DNA of 64,000 nucleotides from NCBI GenBank assembly GCA_965249555.1, contig OZ252243.1, positions 2,080,001 through 2,144,000 on the forward strand, read 5' to 3'. Numbering within the stretch: position 1 is the first letter of the stretch; the number at the start of each line of letters is the position of its first letter. The position numbers and the translations under genes are program-made. Of the stretch, positions 54,596 to 63,540 are shown piece after piece. The notes under the pieces were generated by a model. The model searched no databases and had not been told where the DNA came from. It saw nothing but the letters and a program-made list of their open reading frames with translations. The DNA is from Nitrosopumilus sp. GTDB taxonomy: Archaea; Thermoproteota; Nitrososphaeria; Nitrososphaerales; Nitrosopumilaceae.

Positions 54596-54958
54596 TTACG
54601 TATTGACTAATCCTAATTTTTGTATTTTGTTCTGTGTTTTTTTATTGCAGAATTTGTATGCCTTTTTTGATGGTCCTCCAATTTTGATGTAGAGTTGTTC
54701 TAGCAGACCAAGGCAGTTGTTTTTTGCCAGTTCATTAAACACTAGTACTGCAGTCATTGGTTGTAATTTATCATGTTTGCAGTCCTTGCACTTTGGCACT
54801 ATATCATCTAGTCTTTTTCTGGTAGAGCCATTTACAAACCTGTATGCCTTTCTTGCTGGATGGCCAGATTCACAAAACAGACGTCGAAATATTTTGGGCT
54901 TTGTGTTGCTCTTGGCAAACATCTCAAAGATCTTGACTAGAAGATTTGTTCCAATCAT
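54596..54958 (-). CDS. hypothetical protein with an internal repeat (G.P.+KAY+F.N..T) and CxxC
   Basis: 120-aa ORF, overlaps upstream small ORF 54955-55140. Confidence 0.5.
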   Translation of the reverse strand: MIGTNLLVKIFEMFAKSNTKPKIFRRLFCESGHPARKAYRFVNGSTRKRLDDIVPKCKDCKHDKLQPMTAVLVFNELAKNNCLGLLEQLYIKIGGPSKKAYKFCNKKTQNKIQKLGLVNT

Positions 54959-55243
54959 TGTACCATCAATGTTTTGTGGAATTCTTCTAGCTGTGTATCT
55001 GTGATGCTTACAGTACCTTGAGACAAGATGTCATATACTACCACCTCTTTTGTTTTCGGAGAATTTATTGTGTGATTGTATAGTGCTTTGCAGAAACTCT
55101 CTGGTCTGACTTTGTGATATGTAGCATATTTTACAATCAACTACTATTCTGAAATCCAGTCCACATTCGCACTTTTGTCTGTCTTGTGTAACTCTTGGAT
55201 TTTTGCACCTGCATGTGAGGTATGGCTTGTCTGTCTCACTCCG

Positions 55244-55675
55244 CTAAATCAATCCTGGAACATCTGTGAATGGCTGGTAGTTGCAGTTTCTGCAGATCCA
55301 CAGCTCAAATGTATCATCTGTCAGTGTAGGATCTCCTCTCTTTATGAATTGGTATCCGTACTGTTGTGAATTGCATTTTGGGCATCCGTTGTCTGGACGG
55401 ACTATCTTTAGAGCGTCTCTGAATGGCATTGCAGGTGAGAGAATCAGCTTGGCGCCATTCCTCTTGATGTCTGGTATGTCAATATAGCCCCATTCGGCCA
55501 TCTCATCATTGTTCAGGTTGGCGTATCCGAATGCCTCATTTGTCTTTTCATCCAGTTCTGCCACACACCAGATGAAATTTACAGATGATACCATCCATAT
55601 CTGATGAATTATTTTTTCTGCAAACGGTGTTCCGTCTGTCTCGGATAGTCTTGGGATTATACTCTCGGAACTCAT
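55244..55675 (-). CDS. DUF2958-like protein with C-terminal zinc ribbon
   Basis: W.VAELD....AFGYANL....AEWGYIDI; CPKC...CRNC. Confidence 0.62.
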   Translation of the reverse strand: MSSESIIPRLSETDGTPFAEKIIHQIWMVSSVNFIWCVAELDEKTNEAFGYANLNNDEMAEWGYIDIPDIKRNGAKLILSPAMPFRDALKIVRPDNGCPKCNSQQYGYQFIKRGDPTLTDDTFELWICRNCNYQPFTDVPGLI

Positions 55676-56112
55676 TGTACTATTCTCACAAAGTCTGCCA
55701 TGAATCTTCCAAGGTCCTCTGTATTGCAGTAGTCATTTGATCCGCCCGTATAGTCCTCAAAGTTTTCAGCAGTTCTGATCAGGAAACATTTGTCCCATCT
55801 GAGATCACCAATGCTGAAATAATAGATGTTTCCATTTCTTATCTCAAAGAATCCGTGTTGATCAAAGTGGTTTGGTTTTGCTATCTCTATCTTTGTTATC
55901 TCGAAATTATCATGCAATAATTTCGTGAACTGTTTTTTGAAGACTTTGCAGAATGTCAAGTATTGTGTGGTTATTGAACTTGATGACTTGTATTCTGCAT
56001 TTAGGAGAGCAAACCAATTCTTTGATGCTTCCTTGAAATTATCTTCCTTGATTGCACCTAGCTTGTCTTGCAACTCTCTTATCTGTTGCTCTATCTCTAT
56101 TTGTTGGACCAT
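55672..56112 (-). CDS. hypothetical MGE protein
   Basis: GGAGG upstream of ATG (MVQQ); YFSIGDLRW...LIRTA....DYTGGSN phage/plasmid-type motif. Confidence 0.6.
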   Translation of the reverse strand: MVQQIEIEQQIRELQDKLGAIKEDNFKEASKNWFALLNAEYKSSSSITTQYLTFCKVFKKQFTKLLHDNFEITKIEIAKPNHFDQHGFFEIRNGNIYYFSIGDLRWDKCFLIRTAENFEDYTGGSNDYCNTEDLGRFMADFVRIVQ

Positions 56113-56340
56113 TCGGTTCAACCTCCTATTTCTGAAATAACGTTTCCAGTGGTACGATTCCTGTATGTGAAGTTACTTTCTGGGCATCTCTTTGAGATAT
56201 CATATTTGCAACTTCAAGGAATAATTTTCATTGAAACCGTCTGTGATTTCAATTATACAATCTCACACCCATCCGCTGAGTCGGTTCTGAAATTATATCT
56301 CAGAATAAAACGGGTTTGGATGATATGGCTCAGTCAAAAA
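56101..56340. repeat. 240-bp leader repeat, copy 1 (copy 2 at 57729-57968)
   Basis: near-identical sequence including structured motif, RBS and first four codons. Confidence 0.9.
56262..56336 (-). ncRNA. pseudoknot leader motif, copy A
   Basis: CTGAG/CTCAG, ACCCGT/ATGGGT (one mismatch) and a 9-bp hairpin. Confidence 0.6.
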
Positions 56341-56354
56341 AAGATGCTGTATGT

Positions 56355-56819
56355 CTACAGCTTGTCTTCGATTTTCTTTAAGATACCTGTCATATCTTTG
56401 AGAGAATTTGATGTCTCTTTCTGAGATGATGCTATCTCTTTGAGAGAATTTGATGTCTCTTTCTGAGATGATGCTGTCTCTTTCTGAGATGATGCTATCT
56501 CTTTGAGAATTCCAGATATCTCTATATGGTTTTCTTTGAGAATTTTTGTATGGCTCTCAAGGATTTCATTTTGCTCGTTGAATCGCCTGTACAGCTTGTG
56601 TGCCACATCTCTTGTTGCAAGCATCATATAGACACCTACGACGCCGGCAATAATAAAGGCAGCTCCCAAGGCAATCAGCATTTCATTATATGGGGGCGTG
56701 ATTCCAAGTGCCAGAATACCTGCTCCCAGACACATTATAACAAACAACCAGTGGTTGCCTTTTGTGGTATCTTGTATTTGGGATGAAATCCTTCTTATCT
56801 GGTTTTTGGTATCTACCAC
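56355..56819 (-). CDS. two-TM protein with heptad-repeat coiled-coil tail
   Basis: two TM helices; 21-bp SQKETAS/LKEIASS repeats. Confidence 0.65.
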   Translation of the reverse strand: MVDTKNQIRRISSQIQDTTKGNHWLFVIMCLGAGILALGITPPYNEMLIALGAAFIIAGVVGVYMMLATRDVAHKLYRRFNEQNEILESHTKILKENHIEISGILKEIASSQKETASSQKETSNSLKEIASSQKETSNSLKDMTGILKKIEDKL

Positions 56820-56893
56820 TTGTAATTTTTATCTCCGTTGTTATCCCACATTATCCCAGTCATGTGTCTCATCTGTATGCTCCTCTTAAAAAA

Positions 56894-57181
56894 CTAAGAG
56901 GCATGTACAAGCTCTGATTCTGCAGATAGTTTCTGCAACATTTTTACTGCAATGACATGCGAGCATTCACCTCGAAACTTGAATCCCATACATTCGCATA
57001 TCTCATCATTTATGATGTATGATCTTCCAGGAGTGGATGCGTTTACCTGGTAGGTATCATCATCAATCTGAATGATGCATTTTGTGTCTATGAGATTCTG
57101 TGCCTTTTTCTCCGTGAATTCAGACATTACCCACATTGGATGAAGACGTATCAAGGTGGATTTCTGTCGTATCACTCTCAT
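56894..57181 (-). CDS. SWIM zinc-finger protein
   Basis: CECMGFKFRGECSHVIAV. Confidence 0.72.
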   Translation of the reverse strand: MRVIRQKSTLIRLHPMWVMSEFTEKKAQNLIDTKCIIQIDDDTYQVNASTPGRSYIINDEICECMGFKFRGECSHVIAVKMLQKLSAESELVHAS

Positions 57182-57531
57182 AGAGTTGTATAATCTCCAT
57201 CACACACTCGGGTTTCTAATGTTGCTCCTGCAAACCAATTACTTTTAGTTAGTTCTTGCAGCTGCTGTCCTACCTTGTTTTCAGATACTCCAGATGCTGA
57301 TTTGGCAGACCATGTGATTCCAAGTTCTCTTTGTGTGTGTCCGCATTTCTCCGGTCCGTTGAATCTGATTTCAGTTGGAGCAATTGTCGGATAGTTCGTA
57401 CCCATTCCGTCTGCAAGAACTACTCCAAGATGTCTTAGTGGTGTTACCATCTTTTTGAAATCCGTTGCAACTTTTGAGAATTTTCCCGCATCAAACTCTG
57501 GTGATACGTAATAGTAGTGAGTGTAACCCAT
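57178..57531 (-). CDS. hypothetical MGE protein (MGYTHY start), possibly truncated
   Basis: MGYTHYY...EIRFNG pattern seen in phage/plasmid hypotheticals. Confidence 0.5.
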   Translation of the reverse strand: MGYTHYYYVSPEFDAGKFSKVATDFKKMVTPLRHLGVVLADGMGTNYPTIAPTEIRFNGPEKCGHTQRELGITWSAKSASGVSENKVGQQLQELTKSNWFAGATLETRVCDGDYTTL

Positions 57532-57740
57532 TAGTTGCACTCTACACAGTTACATGACACTGCATGCTGTTCTGGTAATGAGGAATAGTATGCTTCATTT
57601 ACAATCTTTTCCTCATGACACTGTTGCAGGATTTCAAGTTGTTCTGAACTCCACCCCATGCTAACTATACACTTTGTATGAGAGAGGGGATTTTGTGAAT
57701 TGATTTCTGTGCTCTCACTTGCACTGTTTTGTTGGACCAT
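57531..57740 (-). CDS. small hypothetical protein
   Basis: same RBS and MVQQ start as 55672-56112; ends HAVSCNCVEC. Confidence 0.5.
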   Translation of the reverse strand: MVQQNSASESTEINSQNPLSHTKCIVSMGWSSEQLEILQQCHEEKIVNEAYYSSLPEQHAVSCNCVECN

Positions 57741-57889
57741 TCGGTTCAACCTCCTATTTCTGAAATAACGTTTCCAGTGGTACGATTCCTGTATGTGAAA
57801 TTACTTTTTGAGCATCTCTTTGAGATGTCATATTTGCAACTTCAAGGAATAATTTTCATTGAAACCGTCTGTGATTTCAATTATGTCAT

Positions 57890-57964
57890 CTCACACCCGT
57901 CCACTGAGTCGGTTCTGAAACTATGTTTCAAAATAAAACGGGTTTGGATGGTATGGCTCAGTCA
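57890..57964 (-). ncRNA. pseudoknot leader motif, copy B
   Basis: ACCCGT/ACGGGT; hairpin closing pair C-G versus T-A in copy A. Confidence 0.6.
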
Positions 57965-57985
57965 AAAAATGTGGTGTTTGAAAAC

Positions 57986-58381
57986 TCAGTCTTTGCTTTG
58001 TAGAATGTCTTTTATCTCGTTCTGAGATTTTGCCATCTCGTTCTGAGATTTTGCCATCTCGTTCTGAGATTTTACTATCTCGTTCAGAGATTCTGTAATG
58101 GATTGCAATGCCTTTATGATACTTGTGCCAATATTCATGTTTTCTTTGCCGACATCATATATTGCCTCTTTGATACTTGTGCCAATATCCATCGTAGTCC
58201 AAGACATTAACATACCTACGAACCCAACTATAATAAAGGCTATGCCTTCACTTAGCAGTCGTTTGTCTGTCAGTTGGCTTGTGATGGTTAGGAATGACCC
58301 AACTACTACCATTGCCACAAATATCATGTTTTGACGTCGTGTAAGACTGGTTCTTATTCTGTCTGTGGTTATTTTTTCCAT
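57986..58381 (-). CDS. two-TM protein with heptad-repeat tail
   Basis: two TM helices; SQNEMAK 21-bp repeats; same architecture as 56355-56819. Confidence 0.65.
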   Translation of the reverse strand: MEKITTDRIRTSLTRRQNMIFVAMVVVGSFLTITSQLTDKRLLSEGIAFIIVGFVGMLMSWTTMDIGTSIKEAIYDVGKENMNIGTSIIKALQSITESLNEIVKSQNEMAKSQNEMAKSQNEIKDILQSKD

Positions 58382-58415
58382 TTTCTTTTTTGTAATGCTG
58401 CAAGCATCATACCTT

Positions 58416-58482
58416 CTCCACATCCAATCTGCCTGTCAGGTGCATTTGCACTGATATTGGATTTGAGAGGATTGTCAGGTCA
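58416..58482 (-). ncRNA. pseudoknot leader motif, copy E
   Basis: CCTG/CAGG, ATCCAAT/ATTGGAT, GTGC-AAAT-GCAC. Confidence 0.55.
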
Positions 58483-58527
58483 CAAAAAAAGGATTGTATG
58501 GTGTAAAAATCACCATTTAACATTTGG

Positions 58528-59100
58528 TTATACCAAATATTTTGAGTGAGCCCTTAATTGCATGAAAGCACAGTGCAGAATGTTATACATTGTGTTCTGG
58601 TCTCGCGTGTGTTGGTTTGAGGATACATGTAAAAGAATGGCTTGTAGTGTTTCAACTTTCTCATTTCTTTCAAACTCCCACAAATGCCTGAGGTCGGCTT
58701 TGAACAGATTTCTATAAAATCCTTCACCATTATCAAGTGTCTGATGGGCAGTCTCTATGTTGTTAAAGTCACCAGTGTCCATATATCCAGACCTTTTGGT
58801 TATCCCATCTGACCTTGCAATGATAAATCTGTTAAAGTCTGTATCCGGCTCTAACTGATCCCATGCAAATGCCTCAAACACTTTTATCCCATATGAAAGA
58901 CTGGATTCATCCCCTACGATTATGTTATCATAGTTGTAGAATTTTCTTATCTCTTCCAGACTGGATTTGTCTGGTTTTGATCCTGTTGCTATTAGTATTT
59001 TCCCACATCTCAAAGTCAACTCATCTTTGTTAGATATGTCTCTTAATGTCAATACTAAATCAAGGTTCTCACTGTATTCTGATTTGTTCATTTTTTTCAC
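58528..59100 (-). CDS. hypothetical protein
   Basis: 190-aa ORF directly downstream of motif copy F. Confidence 0.6.
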   Translation of the reverse strand: MKKMNKSEYSENLDLVLTLRDISNKDELTLRCGKILIATGSKPDKSSLEEIRKFYNYDNIIVGDESSLSYGIKVFEAFAWDQLEPDTDFNRFIIARSDGITKRSGYMDTGDFNNIETAHQTLDNGEGFYRNLFKADLRHLWEFERNEKVETLQAILLHVSSNQHTRDQNTMYNILHCAFMQLRAHSKYLV

Positions 59101-59114
59101 TTTTTATCTTCCTT

Positions 59115-59180
59115 CTCCACACTTGCCTGCCTGTCAGGTACTTTCGTACTGTTGCAAGATTTGAGAGGATTGTCAGGTCA
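59115..59180 (-). ncRNA. pseudoknot leader motif, copy F
   Basis: CCTG/CAGG, CTTGC/GCAAG, GTAC-GAAA-GTAC (GNRA loop on the minus strand). Confidence 0.55.
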
Positions 59181-59345
59181 GTCCCTAGGATGTGCTGAAT
59201 TGTGGTCGCATACGCAAAGTAAACCCACAACTCAATACACCTTCGGGTATTATGGAGCCTTTCTGTCGTTGTAAGATGAGTTCTGCATCATTTGGGAGAT
59301 GTCATAACTTTATCTTTGTAATTGTTCCAAAGTCTTCAGTAGACA

Positions 59346-60152
59346 TTAGTTCTCTATCTCTATTGGCGGGTTTTCTTTAGTGATATTTTCAGCATCACTT
59401 AACATTGCAGTTATTGCCTTTTGTACTCTGCTGAGAACCTTAAAGCATGCCCGTCCAACTTCTTCTGGAGAGTCAGTTTTTGCATATGTTGCGATATAAT
59501 TCCAGGTGTAGTTTTCTGAATCATATCCGTACATCTTTGCAAGTACACAAGCTCCCAACTGTGCGACTGTTTCTTGTTCTGGGTCTTGTTTTAGCTTTAG
59601 TTTGATATTTTTGTTATCATACCAGTGAACTAATTCGTGTAGAAATGTATCAGGAGCTTCGGTACTCAGTACAATCTCTTTTCTTTTTGGATCAATTGAA
59701 CCGTATTCTCCATGACGTGTGTTTTCCCATTTCACATCAATTCCATTTTTTGCTGCCAAGTCAAACAACGGAGGCAGAACTTTTGGGGCATATTCTTGCA
59801 GAGGTTCACCTTCTGTATCCTCATATCGAAATACAGGCATTCCCCTGAATCCAATCACTATTGTTTTGTCCTCTTCATTTTTGTCTTTGATTCTTTTTTG
59901 CATTGGAATCAATATGTATATTGCCTTGGAACCTTTTTTGACATGTCTTCTTACCTGCTCCCACTGCCTGTATCCTCTTGCATCAGTTGTTCCAGAGAAG
60001 AGCATTAGTACTTGGTTTCCCAAAGACCATGAGGATGATGGAATTTCTTCTGCACTGATGAATGCCTTTGCACATGTTTCTGCAAACTCTTTGTTGGAAA
60101 AGTGTTCTACAATGTCATTTAGAATAGCTGTTGCCTTTTCAGAATTCTTCAT
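59346..60152 (-). CDS. ardC: ArdC-family ssDNA-binding/antirestriction protein with metallopeptidase domain
   Basis: WSLGNQVL...ARGYRQW....RHVKKGSKAI.I..P, VF..EDTEG, LHELVH, EQETVAQL. Confidence 0.78.
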   Translation of the reverse strand: MKNSEKATAILNDIVEHFSNKEFAETCAKAFISAEEIPSSSWSLGNQVLMLFSGTTDARGYRQWEQVRRHVKKGSKAIYILIPMQKRIKDKNEEDKTIVIGFRGMPVFRYEDTEGEPLQEYAPKVLPPLFDLAAKNGIDVKWENTRHGEYGSIDPKRKEIVLSTEAPDTFLHELVHWYDNKNIKLKLKQDPEQETVAQLGACVLAKMYGYDSENYTWNYIATYAKTDSPEEVGRACFKVLSRVQKAITAMLSDAENITKENPPIEIEN

Positions 60153-60445
60153 TGTGATGTGTATATTTGATAGCTTCGAATTGAAGACCGGCTGTTTGTG
60201 TTATGCTCTATGAGATTGTCTTTGAGATCATATCCTAGACTCTGATTCTGTTTTGCATTGCAAAACAAAGTAGCGTCACAATCTTCTTCAAGGTACACAT
60301 ATTTGTCGTTTGTGTAACTGTATTTTGAGATTTTCTCGGCAATTCCCAAGGACTCTAGTTCAGATTGTAAGACTTTGAGCCATCCGTGACTTTGGTCTGA
60401 AAAGAAATGGTACTTTTCGTTTGTTTCTATTACTTTTTGTTTCAT
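60149..60445 (-). CDS. conserved MGE/phage-type hypothetical protein
   Basis: SDQSHGWLKV...IS.YSY.....YLEEDCDA; AGGAGG RBS. Confidence 0.62.
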   Translation of the reverse strand: MKQKVIETNEKYHFFSDQSHGWLKVLQSELESLGIAEKISKYSYTNDKYVYLEEDCDATLFCNAKQNQSLGYDLKDNLIEHNTNSRSSIRSYQIYTSQ

Positions 60446-60469
60446 GTTTTTCCTCCTTAAAGGGACCAT

Positions 60470-60544
60470 CTCACACATCCGTTCTGCTGAGTCAGCTGGT
60501 ATTATTATACCAGGATAACGGAGTTGGAGTGGTAGTCTCAGTCA
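60470..60544 (-). ncRNA. pseudoknot leader motif, copy D
   Basis: CTGAG/CTCAG, TCCGTT/AACGGA, CTGGTAT/ATACCAG. Confidence 0.6.
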
Positions 60545-60613
60545 AGAAAAAAATTGGGGTTGTGGATAGATGTTCTGGTGTGTTTGTAACTACACACCGT
60601 CTCATCTGGTTTG

Positions 60614-61651
60614 TTATATTTTCTGACTCGCTGTTGGGACAGGAAGCGAGCTTGCAAAGGATTGTACTATATGCTGGTTCTTTTCTTTGTGGTCTTTTTT
60701 GGTTGGTAGATTACCATATTTGTAGTCCAGTCTCCTCAGTTCTGTACCGTCCCATTTCTTCTCAAGAGAGTCTGCCTTTCTTTTGTACACCTTGGACTGT
60801 CTTTTGGATGTATGATTCCATGAATCAATCATCTCTGCAGATAGGACTGGTGTTGTGTGGATGATGAATGCTTTTGTCTCTGCGTTGAACTGTCTGTCTT
60901 TGGCATCATCTGTTGGCTCTCGATTGTATTTTTTGAGAATCTCTAGTTTGTCAGAGTCTGTCAATGGTCTGTCTCCTTCACTGATTGCAGCAACAAAAAT
61001 CAGACTGCATGATAGTATGGGTCTGACCTGAACAGTCTTTACCTCATCACCGCTTGGAATTAATAGTAATTCCTCACTGTGTGTTTTTCCTGTTGTCTGT
61101 ATGGATGATATTCCAGATAACTTTGGAGTGATTCCGGTACTCTGGTATCTCCTTGGTCGGTGTGATAGAATTCTGTCAGTCCTTTCAGCTGCTCTGATGT
61201 CTTTTTTTGCAAATTCTATCTCCAGGAATTGCTCATCCCATGATGGTACGATACCAGTAGAGAATCTCTTTCTTTGTACAAGGTATCCTCCACAGACACA
61301 ACGAGTTATGTCTGCTGGTTGTTTCCAGGAATGGCATCTCTTGCAACAAGTTGCCTTTTCAGTTTTTATGGAATCCATGTCAACTGGCTGTACTTCCAAT
61401 GGATATGCTCCCTTGAATTTCTTCATTGGAATCTCAAATAAACAGAGTTTGCCGTCTTGAAGAACTGCTACTACACCCTCTTTGGCTCTGAATTGAATCA
61501 AAGCCTTGTTGGTACGGTCATATTTGACATGACCTCTGTACCCTTGGGATTCTAGTTTCTGCTCAAGGTAGTTCTTTACCAAAAGCAATTTTTGACTACT
61601 TGGTACATTTTTGATACTTGTACTGGTATTGTTTGAATTTTTGAAAACCAT
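60614..61651 (-). CDS. basic hypothetical protein with zinc ribbon
   Basis: 345-aa ORF; CKRC...C.CGG; GGAGA upstream. Confidence 0.6.
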   Translation of the reverse strand: MVFKNSNNTSTSIKNVPSSQKLLLVKNYLEQKLESQGYRGHVKYDRTNKALIQFRAKEGVVAVLQDGKLCLFEIPMKKFKGAYPLEVQPVDMDSIKTEKATCCKRCHSWKQPADITRCVCGGYLVQRKRFSTGIVPSWDEQFLEIEFAKKDIRAAERTDRILSHRPRRYQSTGITPKLSGISSIQTTGKTHSEELLLIPSGDEVKTVQVRPILSCSLIFVAAISEGDRPLTDSDKLEILKKYNREPTDDAKDRQFNAETKAFIIHTTPVLSAEMIDSWNHTSKRQSKVYKRKADSLEKKWDGTELRRLDYKYGNLPTKKDHKEKNQHIVQSFASSLPVPTASQKI

Positions 61652-61966
61652 TTGGCTTCATCTCCTTTTGCAAAAAACATACCGAAGTTGTAACATATGA
61701 TGTCTGGTTTCTAGTAGATGTTGTCATCCAGCTTAGCCTAGGCTAAGATTAAAAAAATACATGGATGTGATTGAATATCAATCTACTGTCTGTTATCTGA
61801 CAGACTGTGTTGCACTGAAAAAAGATTTCACGTGTCTGTAGTCTTTGTATGCTTTTGCTAGTTTGGTTGTATTTCTGTCAGATTTTATCCTGCCAGAACA
61901 GACGTCATTTCTGAAAATATCGTTTTTCATCTGGACGATTCTCATATGAGAATTTTTTTTACCAGT

Positions 61967-62041
61967 CGCACACCCATCCGCTGAGTCGGTTCTGAAACTG
62001 TGTTTCAAAATAAAATGGGTTTGGACTGTATGGCTCAGTCA
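61967..62041 (-). ncRNA. pseudoknot leader motif, copy C
   Basis: ACCCAT/ATGGGT, compensatory to copy B. Confidence 0.6.
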
Positions 62042-62082
62042 AGAAAAAAATTGGATTTCTGTAAATTTCTTTACAGTTGGTT

Positions 62083-62796
62083 TTAGCACCCAGATTGTTT
62101 TGCCCATGGTTCATCACCGAATTCACTGATATTACAGAATCGATGAATGATCTCCGCATGGCTGTTTGATACGAGTAATGAGTTGATAGATGCAGTTGGA
62201 GTGTGTGCTGGATATCCCATACACCACACCTTGGCAATCATCCTACCATGTGAGCCGCCTTTCTGCCCGTCGTCTGCATCATAGAGTACCGCGGTTCCAA
62301 CAGGGCATTGCTTTATTGTAAATGCAGTCGCATTAGAATAGCCTTGCTCGTTACGCTCTGGAGTGTTCACCAGGGATAGTCGTATTCGAATACCATCAAT
62401 GTCTATGGTATCACCGTCGACAATCTTTGTGACTTTTCCACTCTTAACCGTTCCATATGGTATGACATCAGGGATTTGCTGTTTTGCAATATTTGTTGAT
62501 GCAATATCATTTGGCGTATCTGCCGGTTCTGATATCTGGGTGTCATTGTGAACTTTTTCAAGTTCGTTTGTGGTGTTTGCAAAGACTGCACTTATGCCCT
62601 CTGTTTTTTCCTCAACTGATGATATCATTCCGGGAATGTCTGCTGCAAGCAGTGCTGGAACAACATAGGCGTATGTGAGGGATGCAATGCTGACAATAAA
62701 TACAGTCATGCAAACAGCCACTGTTATTTTTTTGATAAATTGTTTTTTTGACATGGACTCGTATGTGAGTTTCGGAAACTTATTCCTCATCAGCAT
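62083..62796 (-). CDS. membrane-anchored thermonuclease (SNase family)
   Basis: TM helix; VTKIVDGDTI...IRLSLVNTPE...HGRMIAKV...IN..LV. Confidence 0.85.
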   Translation of the reverse strand: MLMRNKFPKLTYESMSKKQFIKKITVAVCMTVFIVSIASLTYAYVVPALLAADIPGMISSVEEKTEGISAVFANTTNELEKVHNDTQISEPADTPNDIASTNIAKQQIPDVIPYGTVKSGKVTKIVDGDTIDIDGIRIRLSLVNTPERNEQGYSNATAFTIKQCPVGTAVLYDADDGQKGGSHGRMIAKVWCMGYPAHTPTASINSLLVSNSHAEIIHRFCNISEFGDEPWAKQSGC

Positions 62797-62838
62797 GTCT
62801 TCTAGTTGAGTTATATTGATGAAATGATATGAGAATAG

Positions 62839-62906
62839 TGAGGGTCAGAACTTTTGCTGTCATCATTACTGATGTTCAGATCAACGCCGCTCTCATCATC
62901 CCCTCA
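62839..62906 (-). ncRNA. box C/D-like sRNA 1
   Basis: TGAGGGG-ATGATGA-GAGCGGCGTTGAT-CTGA-ACATCAGTA-ATGATGA-CAGCAAAAGTT-CTGA-CCCTCA. Confidence 0.75.
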
Positions 62907-63072
62907 TTATCAATCTAGAATGTTTTGAAATGTGTAAATTGGAGTTTTGTAGACTGCACTTGTACCCTCTGTCTGCTCCTCAACTGATGATATCATTCCG
63001 GGAATGTCTGCTGCAAGCAGTGCCGTAACACTTCTGGTTATGAGTTATATTGATGAAATGATATGAGAATAG

Positions 63073-63140
63073 TGAGGGTCAGAATATGGGGCTGTCATCA
63101 TTACTGATGTTCAGATCAACGCCGTTCTCATATCCCCTCA
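63073..63140 (-). ncRNA. box C/D-like sRNA 2 (box C has a 1-nt deletion)
   Basis: TGAGGGG-ATATGA-GAACGGCGTTGAT-CTGA-ACATCAGTA-ATGATGA-CAGCCCCATATT-CTGA-CCCTCA. Confidence 0.65.
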
Positions 63141-63306
63141 TTATCAATCTAGAATGTTTTGAAATGTGTAAATTGGAGTTTTGTAGACTGCACTTGTACC
63201 CTCTGTCTGCTCCTCAACTGATGATATCATTCCGGGAATGTCTGCTGCAAGCAGTGCCGTAACACTTCTGGTTATGAGTTATATTGATGGAATGATATGA
63301 GAATAG

Positions 63307-63374
63307 TGAGGGTCAGAATATTGGCTGTCATCATTACTGATGTTCAGATCAACGCCGTTCTCATCATCCCCTCA
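63307..63374 (-). ncRNA. box C/D-like sRNA 3
   Basis: TGAGGGG-ATGATGA-GAACGGCGTTGAT-CTGA-ACATCAGTA-ATGATGA-CAGCCAATATT-CTGA-CCCTCA. Confidence 0.75.
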
Positions 63375-63540
63375 TTATCAATCTAGAATGTTTTGAAATG
63401 TGTAAATTGGAGTTTTGTAGACTGCACTTGTACCCTCTGTCTGCTCCTCAACTGATGATATCATTCCGGGAATGTCTGCTGCAAGCAGTGCCGTAACACT
63501 TCTGGTTATGAGTTATATTGATGGAATGATATGAGAATAG

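Noticed and set aside
56262-56336. Assigning the pseudoknot motif to HDV-like, twister, pistol, SAH or ZTP families, or to integron attC sites
   Set aside because: Topology is partly similar but the conserved catalytic or ligand nucleotides and GTTRRRY boxes are absent; no integron integrase seen.
59775-59785. ardC sequence matching the sRNA 1 D guide region (cagaacttttg)
   Set aside because: Same sense as the sRNA, so it cannot pair with ardC mRNA; a short chance match.
62980-63010. Hammerhead ribozyme from CTGATGA on the plus strand
   Set aside because: No correctly placed GAAA/stem II/UH core; the sequence derives from the nuclease coding region.
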